31,239 nucleotides of DNA from assembly GCA_945861645.1 (NCBI GenBank), contig CAMAVZ010000022.1:1-31239 (forward strand). Direction: 5' to 3'. This stretch comes from Opitutus sp. GAS368 (GTDB taxonomy: Bacteria; Verrucomicrobiota; Verrucomicrobiia; Opitutales; Opitutaceae). Shown here piece by piece: positions 18,747 through 26,532 of this stretch (position 1 is its first letter; each line of letters opens with the position of its first letter). The position numbers and the translations under genes are program-made. The notes under the pieces were generated by a model. The model saw nothing but the letters and a program-made list of their open reading frames with translations. It was not told the DNA's origin and searched no databases.

Positions 18747-19508
18747 TTACTTCTTGGCCGGAGCGGCCGCTTTCGCGTCGCCCTTGGCCGCAGGAGCGCC
18801 CGCTTTCGCGTCGCCCTTGGCCGCAGGAGCGGCCGCTTTCGCGTCGCCCGGCTTGGCCGCAGCATCGCCAGCGGCCGGGGCCACAGCGGTACCATCGGCA
18901 GCAACGGCGCCCTCGACCGGAGCAGCGACCACGGCAGCCACTTCTTCGGCGGGCGGCTCGACGCAAAGGACGACGGTTTGATTTTTATCATCGAGGTACT
19001 CAACGCCCGCGATAGAGCTGAGTTCGCTGACGTGAATCGCCCCACCGACCTTGAGCTCGGTGACATTAACTTCGATGAAATCAGGCAGATCCTTCGGCAA
19101 GCAGCGGATGCGCAAGCGATGGGCGGCGGTCTCGAGAATACCACCCTCGGTCTTGACGCCGTAAGCTTCGCCGACGACGAGAATGGCAACACTGATAATC
19201 ATCTTCTCATTTTCCTTCACTTCCTGAAGGTCGAGATGGAGATACTTATCGGTGATCGGATCGCGTTGAATTTCCTGCAAAAATGCGAGCGCAAAAGCTC
19301 CGGCATCGCGCTTGAGCTCAATGAGAGCGGAGCGGCCCGAGATCGCCTTGCGCAATTTGATAAATTCCGGCGCATTAACAGCCAGATTCTGCGCCTTCGT
19401 ATGCTTGCCATAGAGAATCGCTGGGATTTTCTCGGCTTTCCGTAAGCGACGGGAAGCGCTGCGACCTGTGCCTTCGCGGGGCGTGACAGTAAGTTGGTAT
19501 GTTTTCAT
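18747..19508 (-). CDS. rplY: 50S ribosomal protein L25 / general stress protein Ctc (long form)
   Basis: REGTGRSASRRLR, IPAILYG, EIQRDPI..HLDL, GVKTEGG and LPDFIEVNV. Start set at ATG 19508 (MKTYQ) behind an AGGGG SD, not at 19595. Confidence 0.95.
   Translation of the reverse strand: MKTYQLTVTPREGTGRSASRRLRKAEKIPAILYGKHTKAQNLAVNAPEFIKLRKAISGRSALIELKRDAGAFALAFLQEIQRDPITDKYLHLDLQEVKENEKMIISVAILVVGEAYGVKTEGGILETAAHRLRIRCLPKDLPDFIEVNVTELKVGGAIHVSELSSIAGVEYLDDKNQTVVLCVEPPAEEVAAVVAAPVEGAVAADGTAVAPAAGDAAAKPGDAKAAAPAAKGDAKAGAPAAKGDAKAAAPAKK
18760..18849. repeat. 33-bp tandem repeat, about 2.7 copies, in the rplY 3' end
   Basis: GGAGCGGCCGCTTTCGCGTCGCCCTTGGCCGCA at 18760, at 18793 (1 mismatch) and partial at 18826; encodes GDAKAAAPAAK. 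Confidence 0.9.
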
Positions 19509-19647
19509 AATTTCGTTCCCCCTGTGACTCCGGAATTGGAGGCAGGCGTAATGGAAAAGGGTGCAGAGTTGACAAAGCGCGGAGCAGAGATGCAACCAAA
19601 ACTTTTCTCCCCCTCGTAAAAACAGCCATTTTTACAGGAGAGAGAGA

Positions 19648-19675
19648 TTGACAAGGCCGCCAGCTCCTATCTTTT
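19648..19675 (+). promoter_or_regulatory. candidate sigma70 promoter for tRNA-Asn
   Basis: Perfect TTGACA at 19648-19653, about 45 nt upstream of the tRNA; the -10 is weak. Confidence 0.4.
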
Positions 19676-19695
19676 TGGCCATTCTTCAGTTAAAT

Positions 19696-19770
<75 letters not shown>

Positions 19771-19775
19771 TTTTA

Positions 19776-19809
19776 GGCCAACGACTTACCCTCGTTGGCT
19801 TTTTTGTTT
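19776..19809 (+). terminator. intrinsic terminator after the tRNA
   Basis: GGCCAACGA-CTTACCC-TCGTTGGCT followed by TTTTTGTTT. Confidence 0.85.
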
Positions 19810-19822
19810 AAATGCTTATAAT
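19795..19822 (+). promoter_or_regulatory. candidate sigma70 promoter upstream of the rhodanese gene
   Basis: TTGGCT-16 nt-TATAAT in an AT-rich patch overlapping the tRNA terminator. Confidence 0.3.
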
Positions 19823-19930
19823 TGTTATATTTAAGACAAAAATTATCCACTCAGCTCCCCGCATGCCTTCCGCTTTGATCGGCGCTGGACGGCCGGGCAA
19901 GACTACCAGTAGCATGAAAGTCCTTTCTCC

Positions 19931-20332
19931 ATGAAAATAAATCGACTCCTCGCCGCGCTCCTCATCTCCACTGGCCTTGGCTTGGCTGCGGAGATCTCAA
20001 AAATCGAACCAAGCGCAGCGGCCGCGCTCATCGCTGAGGGCAAGGCGGTGCTGGTGGATGTCCGCGAGCCCGCCGAATGGGCGGATACTGGTGTCGTTGC
20101 AGCCGCCACCTTGCTCGCCAAAAGTGATTTCGATGGCGCGCAAACTACTTGGAAACCCTTTCTCGAAAAAAATCAGGACCAGCAAATCATTCTCTACTGC
20201 CGCTCGGGCAATCGCTCGGGGATCGTGGCCAAGGCGCTCGCTGAAAAAGGCTTCAAGGTTGCCAATGCCGGTGGCTTTAAAGCTTGGGCGGCAGCCGGCC
20301 AACCGGTGCGCAAGATCGACGCCCAGCCGTAG
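19931..20332 (+). CDS. exported single-domain rhodanese (PspE-like sulfurtransferase)
   Basis: Signal peptide; LVDVREPAEW, active-site loop YCRSGNRS and GGFKAW. Confidence 0.9.
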   Translation: MKINRLLAALLISTGLGLAAEISKIEPSAAAALIAEGKAVLVDVREPAEWADTGVVAAATLLAKSDFDGAQTTWKPFLEKNQDQQIILYCRSGNRSGIVAKALAEKGFKVANAGGFKAWAAAGQPVRKIDAQP

Positions 20333-20616
20333 GCAGAGTGGGTCAGCTGACGACGGTCACTTCGTCGCTCCAAAAGTAATTCCATCACTAAAAGCGGCAA
20401 CAAAGTCTTTTGCCGCTCTCGAGAGATTTAGCTTCTCGTCATCGCTTGATGATGGTTAAAATTACGGTCAATTTCTTACCTCGTTAACCCCGTTAAGATG
20501 TTGCCTCGACCGTTCTGCGGTCACCCCGCAGTCCCCTTATTTTTAGGCTACCGCTCGCGCCCCGGCATGAGGCCGTCTGCTTAAAAACTATTATTAGCCG
20601 TCACTGTTAAAGCTCC

Positions 20617-23600
20617 ATGATTCGCCCTACCCTGCTCGGCTGCTATTCGTTCGCCCTGGCTTCATTAATTTCCGTCGGTAACGCCGCGACCGATCTGCCG
20701 CGGGTGCAGTTCAATCGCGATATTCGTCCGATTATGTCGGACACGTGTTTTCACTGTCATGGCTTTGACGCCAAGAGTCGCAAAGCCGGCCTGCGACTCG
20801 ATCGGCGCGAAGATGCCCTCCAACTCACCAAGCACGATCTGCTGCCCATCGTGCCGGGCCAACCCGATGACAGCGAAATCATCCAACGCATCATGGACGT
20901 GGTTGATCCCATGCCGCCGCTTGAAATGCACAAGCAGCTCACGCTGGAGGAAAAAGAACTTTTCCGCCGCTGGGTGGCGGAGGGCGCAGTTTATGAGCCG
21001 CACTGGGCCTATGCGCCGCTGACTCGCCCGTCAGTTCCCGGCAAAAAGAAACTAAATCCGATCGATGCTTTTATTCGCGCGCCACTGACGGCCAAAAAAA
21101 TCACCCCAGCTCCCGAAGCCGATCAAGCTCAACTCCTGCGCCGGCTTTCCCTCGATCTGACGGGCTTGCCCCCCACCCCAGCTGAAACCGCCGCCTTCCT
21201 CGCGGATTACTCCCGCAACGCCTACGAAAAACAAGTGGACCGGCTCCTCGCTTCACCGCACCACGGCGAACGTCTGGCCGTGTGGTGGCTCGATATCGTG
21301 CGCTTTAGCGACACCGTTGGTTTTCATGGCGATCAAAATCAACGCATTTTCCCCTATCGCGACTATGTGATCAACGCCTTCAACGCCAACAAGCGCTTTG
21401 ATGCATTCACGATTGAGCAGCTCGCCGGCGATTTGTTACCCAACCCGAGCACCGAACAACGCGTCGCCACGGGTTATAATCGCTTGAACATGATGACGCG
21501 CGAAGGGGGCGCGCAGTCTGCTGAATACATTGCAAAGTATGGCGCCGAACGCGTGCGGGCCGTCTCGACTGCTTGGCTTGGGAGCACCTTCGGCTGCGCT
21601 GAGTGCCACGACCATAAATTTGATCCGATCAAAACCCGCGACTTTTATGAGCTGCAGTCATTTTTCGCCGATATTAAACAATGGGGCGTCTATAGTGATT
21701 ATGATTATACGCCTAATCCTGAGCTCAAAGGATTCAATAACGACTTCCCTTTCCCGCCAGAAATAGAAGTGGCTAGCCCGTATCTCGCCGTCCGCCATAG
21801 ACGCACCGAGGCCGAGCTCACCGCGTTAATCACTACGATGCGGCAGCGCGCAGTTGACCCCGCCGACGCAGCGAGCTACGCGTCGTGGATCGACGAAAGC
21901 CGCGCCTATCTTGATCGCGTACCCAGCGGTTGGGAGCCCGTCAAAAATGCGACCGCTGAATTTCGCCTGCGCGACAAAGTAATCCCCGCCCATCCGCTGA
22001 AGATCGAACCCGATGGCACGCTGCGCTTAGAAAAACCCCTCGAATTTCGTGAAAACCTCCGGCTCACCTTCCGCCCCGACCAAGGGCGCGTAACGGCGAT
22101 CAAAATCGAAGTCCTCTCGGCCGTTGTTCCGATCGAAAATCCCGTGTGGAGATACCCCGTCGCTCCCCTCACCGTCACCGCTAGTTTACAAGACGCTCAA
22201 GGAAAAATCCGTAACCTTAAAATAGTATTCGCTGATGCCTCGGCCAAAATGGATCGTTTTATTAATGGCACAGAATTTCACGGCATCGCGGCCGGCTGGA
22301 GATTACCCACTCCCGCCAAAACAGAAACCCTGACGGGAGTTTGGCTGCTGGCCGAACCACTCACGCTCGCGTCGGGCGAATCACTTCTCCTCACCCTCGC
22401 AGGCGAGGAATTGCCAACGTTGCGGCTTGCCACGAGCCACCTCGGCGCGCGGCAACCACTCGACGTCGCTGCTCCGGCTACCTTAGCCGCGCTGACTGCC
22501 ACCACACGCGATTCGACGCAGGAAAATCTTTTAATTGATACCTGGCTCATGAGTACCGCAGCTGACCCCGCTGGCTTTGCCCGTTACCACCAGACCGGCG
22601 CAAAATTAAACGATCTCCGCGGCGGCAAGGCCATGACCATGGTGACCGAGGCCGGCGCACCGCTGACCGTTCGCGTCTTACCCCGCGGCAACTGGCAGGA
22701 TGAATCCGGTCCCGTGGTGCTGCCCGCCACCCCCAGCTTTCTGCCTGGCCGGCGAGAGAGCAGCGCTGCGCAGCGCCTAACTCGCCTCGACCTAGCGCAG
22801 TGGATCGTCTCGCCGGATAACCCCATCACGGCGCGCGCCGTAACCAATCGAATCTGGGCCATGTATTTTGGCACCGGCCTAAGCGCCGCCGTCGATGACC
22901 TTGGCTCGCAAGGTGAACTCCCCTCCCACCCCGAACTGCTCGATTGGCTCGCGAGCGAGTTTCGCGACGGCGGCTGGGATTTGCGTCACCTCATTCGCCT
23001 CATCGTCACGAGCAAGACCTATCGGCAAAGCAGTGCGTTTCGCCTTGAACTGCGGCAAACGGACCCAGCTAATCGTCTGCTTTCTGCCCAGAATCCTCGC
23101 CGACTCGAGGCGGAATTCGTCCGAGACAACGCGCTCTTCATTGCGGGTTCACTCGATTTGCGTGATCTGGGCGGCCCGAGCGCCAAGCCTTACCAGCCTG
23201 CTGGTTATTATACGGCGTTGCAATTCCCCGACCGCGACTACCTCGCGAGCAACGCCGACACGCAGTGGCGGCGCGGGGTATACTCTCATTGGCAGCGCAC
23301 TTTCCTGCACCCGATGCTGGCGAATTTTGATGCGCCCGCCCGCGACGAATGCACCGCCCAACGAATCAATAGTAACACGCCGCAACAAGCGCTGACGCTG
23401 CTCAACGATCCCACCTTCGTCGAATCAGCGCGTCTCTTCGCTGCGCGGATTATCGCCGAGGGCGGTAAAAATGATACGACCCGTTTACGTCTCGCCTTTC
23501 AATCCGCCCTCGCGCGCCCACCGAAATCAGCGGAGTTAAAATCTCTGAAAAATTTCCTTAGCACGCAGCGTCTTACCTATCGGGCCGCGCCCGCCGAGGC

Positions 23601-23721
23601 GGAGAAACTTTTGCGCATTGGCTTGGCCCCGTCGAGTATCGGCGAGCCCGCCGAGCTCGCCGCCTGGACGACCGTCGCCCGCGTGCTCCTTAACTCTCAG
23701 GAAGTCATCACCCGCTACTGA
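20617..23721 (+). CDS. planctomycete cytochrome c plus DUF1549/DUF1553 (PSD1) protein
   Basis: FNRDIRPIMSDTCFHCHG..MPP; HWAY..NPIDAFI..LLRRLSLDLTGLPPT; CAECHDHKFDP; PSHPELLDWLA; RRLEAEFVRD; NTPQQALTLLN. Confidence 0.92.
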   Translation: MIRPTLLGCYSFALASLISVGNAATDLPRVQFNRDIRPIMSDTCFHCHGFDAKSRKAGLRLDRREDALQLTKHDLLPIVPGQPDDSEIIQRIMDVVDPMPPLEMHKQLTLEEKELFRRWVAEGAVYEPHWAYAPLTRPSVPGKKKLNPIDAFIRAPLTAKKITPAPEADQAQLLRRLSLDLTGLPPTPAETAAFLADYSRNAYEKQVDRLLASPHHGERLAVWWLDIVRFSDTVGFHGDQNQRIFPYRDYVINAFNANKRFDAFTIEQLAGDLLPNPSTEQRVATGYNRLNMMTREGGAQSAEYIAKYGAERVRAVSTAWLGSTFGCAECHDHKFDPIKTRDFYELQSFFADIKQWGVYSDYDYTPNPELKGFNNDFPFPPEIEVASPYLAVRHRRTEAELTALITTMRQRAVDPADAASYASWIDESRAYLDRVPSGWEPVKNATAEFRLRDKVIPAHPLKIEPDGTLRLEKPLEFRENLRLTFRPDQGRVTAIKIEVLSAVVPIENPVWRYPVAPLTVTASLQDAQGKIRNLKIVFADASAKMDRFINGTEFHGIAAGWRLPTPAKTETLTGVWLLAEPLTLASGESLLLTLAGEELPTLRLATSHLGARQPLDVAAPATLAALTATTRDSTQENLLIDTWLMSTAADPAGFARYHQTGAKLNDLRGGKAMTMVTEAGAPLTVRVLPRGNWQDESGPVVLPATPSFLPGRRESSAAQRLTRLDLAQWIVSPDNPITARAVTNRIWAMYFGTGLSAAVDDLGSQGELPSHPELLDWLASEFRDGGWDLRHLIRLIVTSKTYRQSSAFRLELRQTDPANRLLSAQNPRRLEAEFVRDNALFIAGSLDLRDLGGPSAKPYQPAGYYTALQFPDRDYLASNADTQWRRGVYSHWQRTFLHPMLANFDAPARDECTAQRINSNTPQQALTLLNDPTFVESARLFAARIIAEGGKNDTTRLRLAFQSALARPPKSAELKSLKNFLSTQRLTYRAAPAEAEKLLRIGLAPSSIGEPAELAAWTTVARVLLNSQEVITRY

Positions 23722-23729
23722 CTCTGCCC

Positions 23730-25184
23730 ATGCCCCCCTTCGACCCCATCCAACACGCGCTCAGCGTTAATCGGCGCACCTTTCTCACGCAAAGTGCTTA
23801 CGGCCTCGGCGGCATCGCGCTGGCTCTACTGCAAAATAAACTCACCGCGGCCACCGGCGGGGCCCTCGCTCCCTCCGCCTTGCCGCCGGGTTGGAGCGGC
23901 CATTTGCGCGAAGCCCATCTGCCCGTTCGCGCCAAACGCGTGATTTATCTTTGCATGGCTGGCGGTCCTTCCCAGTTCGAAACTTTTGATTGGAAGCCAC
24001 AGCTTAAGGCGCTCGATGGCCAACTATTTCCCGCCTCGTTCACCGCGGGCCAACAAATTGCCCAGCTCCAAAATTCGGTGCTCAAGGCGCGAGGCCCGTT
24101 CACAAATTTCCAGCGTCACGGTCGCGCGGGCATCGAGATCAGTGATCTCTTCCCCCATATCGCGAGCGTCGCGGACGATCTCTGCGTGATTCGTTCGATG
24201 CAGACGGAGCAGATCAATCATGACACCGCGCATGCGTTCATGAATACCGGATCAATTATCAAAGGCCGACCGAGCATGGGCTCTTGGTTACTCTACGGCC
24301 TCGGCGCAGAAACCCAGGATCTGCCCGGCTTCATTGTGCTCAACTCACAGGGTAAATATGGGCTGCAGCCCATCTCCGCCCGCCAATGGTCCAGCGGCGT
24401 GCTGCCAAGTCGTTATCAGGGGATTCAGTTTCAAGCCCGCGGGGACGCGGTTCACTATGTCGGCAATCCCGATGGCGTGTGTCAAAGTACCCAACGCCAA
24501 GTCATCGATGAAATTCGTTATCTGAATAACTTGCTCGCGGAAAAAACGCATGATCCGGAAATCGCGACGCGCATCGCGCAATACGAGCTCGCCTTTAAAA
24601 TGCAGAGCAGTGTTCCCGAGCTGACCGATTTCAAAAACGAACCGGCCGCGATGCTCGACCTTTACGGCATCAAGGAACCCGGCGATGGCAGTTTTGCGTC
24701 GAACTGCTTACTCGCGCGCCGACTCGCCGAGCGCGGCGTGCGCATGATCCAGCTTTACCACCGAGCGTGGGACCATCACAGCGACCTTGAGCCCGGCATG
24801 AAGACCGCCGCTAAAGACGTTGATCAAGCGACCGCGGCTCTCATCAAAGATCTGAAACAGCGCGGTATGTTGGATGACACGCTTATCCTGTGGGGCGGAG
24901 AGTTCGGTCGCACGCCGATGGGCCAAGGCACTGGGCGGGATCACCATATTTTGGGCTTCAGTGTGTTCATGGCAGGCGGCGGCGTGAAAGCGGGAACCGT
25001 CTATGGTTCAACCGACGAGCTCGGCTACCGCGCGCTGGAAAATCCCGTTAATGTCCATGATCTCCATGCGACCATGCTCGCGCTCATGGGCGTTGATCAC
25101 CGCCGGCTTAATTCAAAATATCAAGGCCTCGACGTACGGCTCACGGGCATCGCCGGTGAAGTCGTCAAGGGCCTCATGGCCTAA
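23730..25184 (+). CDS. DUF1501 family protein (Tat signal, sulfatase/alkaline-phosphatase-like)
   Basis: Twin-arginine NRRTFL; AKRVIYLCMAGGPSQFETFD; RPSMGSW; WDHH; WGGEFGRTP; GRDHH; 8 nt after the DUF1553 gene. Confidence 0.92.
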   Translation: MPPFDPIQHALSVNRRTFLTQSAYGLGGIALALLQNKLTAATGGALAPSALPPGWSGHLREAHLPVRAKRVIYLCMAGGPSQFETFDWKPQLKALDGQLFPASFTAGQQIAQLQNSVLKARGPFTNFQRHGRAGIEISDLFPHIASVADDLCVIRSMQTEQINHDTAHAFMNTGSIIKGRPSMGSWLLYGLGAETQDLPGFIVLNSQGKYGLQPISARQWSSGVLPSRYQGIQFQARGDAVHYVGNPDGVCQSTQRQVIDEIRYLNNLLAEKTHDPEIATRIAQYELAFKMQSSVPELTDFKNEPAAMLDLYGIKEPGDGSFASNCLLARRLAERGVRMIQLYHRAWDHHSDLEPGMKTAAKDVDQATAALIKDLKQRGMLDDTLILWGGEFGRTPMGQGTGRDHHILGFSVFMAGGGVKAGTVYGSTDELGYRALENPVNVHDLHATMLALMGVDHRRLNSKYQGLDVRLTGIAGEVVKGLMA

Positions 25185-25314
25185 CCCGAGTCGTCAGTCT
25201 TAGCTGCCCTAGCCTCACAGCATCGCTGATAAAATTAGGCGCCAACAATAGCCTAACCAGAGCCTATCCTGAAAAATAAATCCTGATCATCTTACCTTGG
25301 AAAAAATACCCCGC

Positions 25315-26532
25315 ATGAACCTACCCTCGCTCCGCCTCCTCTTACTCACGCTGGGATTCCCGCTCATCTTAGCTGCGGCCAGTGGCCCCGGCTATGAACA
25401 GCGGCAGCTCTCAGATAAATTTTTTAGCGAAGGCGCCGTTTTTGCTGATCTTAATCGCGATGGTCATCCCGATGCCATTGCCGGTCCCTATTGGTACGAA
25501 GGACCAACCTTTGCGCCGCGCCACGAAATTTACCGGCCCGCACCGTTCGACCCGCTTGGGTACTCCGATAATTTTTTAACCTTCAGCCATGATTTTAACG
25601 GGGATGGCTGGGCCGACGTGCTCGTCTTGGGTTTTCCTGGCATCGATGCGTCTTGGTTTGAAAATCCGGGCCTCCGTGACCTACCGTGGCGCCGCCGTGT
25701 TGTTTTCCTTCCCGTTGACGGTGAGTCGCCCGTGCTTGGTGACCTGCTCGGTCGCGGTTATCCAGTACTGATCTGCGCCAGCGGCGGCCGCTTAGGCTAC
25801 GCGGCGGCTGACCCACGGGATGCGGTGCGCCCATGGACCTTTCACCCGATCAGCCCAGTAGGGCTGTGGAACCGATTTACGCATGGCCTCGGTTTCGGCG
25901 ATCTGAACGGCGACGGCCGCGCTGATATTCTTGAGAAAAATGGCTGGTGGCAGCAACCGGCTTCATTAGTTGGCGATCCCGTCTGGGAATTTCACCCGTA
26001 TCCTTTCGCGACCGCTCCGGCACCCGGCGGCGCGCAAATGCTGGTCACGGATGTGAATGGCGACGGACTCGCTGATGTCGTCACGAGCCGCCACGCCCAC
26101 GGCTACGGGCTCTCCTGGTTTGAACAAATCCGCGCGGCGGATGGAGCCATCAATTTTAGTCCGCATGTCATTCTTTCCGAAAATCCTGACACGAAAATTT
26201 CTGGCGTACAATTCGCGCAACTGCACGCGCTCGCCTTGGCGGACGTCGATGGCGATGGCCTGCCAGATATTATCACCGGCAAACGCTGGTGGGCCCACGG
26301 GCCGAAAGGAGATGCCGATCCGGCCGGGGCGCCCGTGCTGTACGCTTTCCTGACCCGCCGCGCGCCTGACCACACCGTCACTTTTGAACCACGTTTACTC
26401 GATGATAATTCGGGAATCGGCACGCAAGTCTACGCGGCTGATGTTAACGCCGATGGCCGCCCTGACTTCATCGTCGGCAACAAACGCGGGACCTTTGTCG
26501 TCCTTTCGAAAAATGCGGTTCAGCAAAAATGA
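25315..26532 (+). CDS. exported FG-GAP/VCBS-repeat beta-propeller protein
   Basis: Six Dx(N/D)xDGxxD repeats (DLNRDGHPD, DFNGDGWAD, DLNGDGRAD, DVNGDGLAD, DVDGDGLPD, DVNADGRPD) plus one degenerate copy; signal peptide from ATG 25315. Confidence 0.88.
   Translation: MNLPSLRLLLLTLGFPLILAAASGPGYEQRQLSDKFFSEGAVFADLNRDGHPDAIAGPYWYEGPTFAPRHEIYRPAPFDPLGYSDNFLTFSHDFNGDGWADVLVLGFPGIDASWFENPGLRDLPWRRRVVFLPVDGESPVLGDLLGRGYPVLICASGGRLGYAAADPRDAVRPWTFHPISPVGLWNRFTHGLGFGDLNGDGRADILEKNGWWQQPASLVGDPVWEFHPYPFATAPAPGGAQMLVTDVNGDGLADVVTSRHAHGYGLSWFEQIRAADGAINFSPHVILSENPDTKISGVQFAQLHALALADVDGDGLPDIITGKRWWAHGPKGDADPAGAPVLYAFLTRRAPDHTVTFEPRLLDDNSGIGTQVYAADVNADGRPDFIVGNKRGTFVVLSKNAVQQK

Noticed and set aside
18760..18849. 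CRISPR-like repeat
   Set aside because: Units are contiguous with no spacers, in frame within rplY, and no cas genes are present
19509..19595. N-terminal extension of rplY in the ORF track (likewise skp 12898-12936 and FG-GAP 25297-25314)
   Set aside because: Family homology, SD or signal peptide begins at the downstream ATG
19977..20459. 160-aa alternative-frame ORF over the rhodanese gene
   Set aside because: Arg/Ser/Pro-rich off-frame translation; the overlapping frame has clear rhodanese motifs
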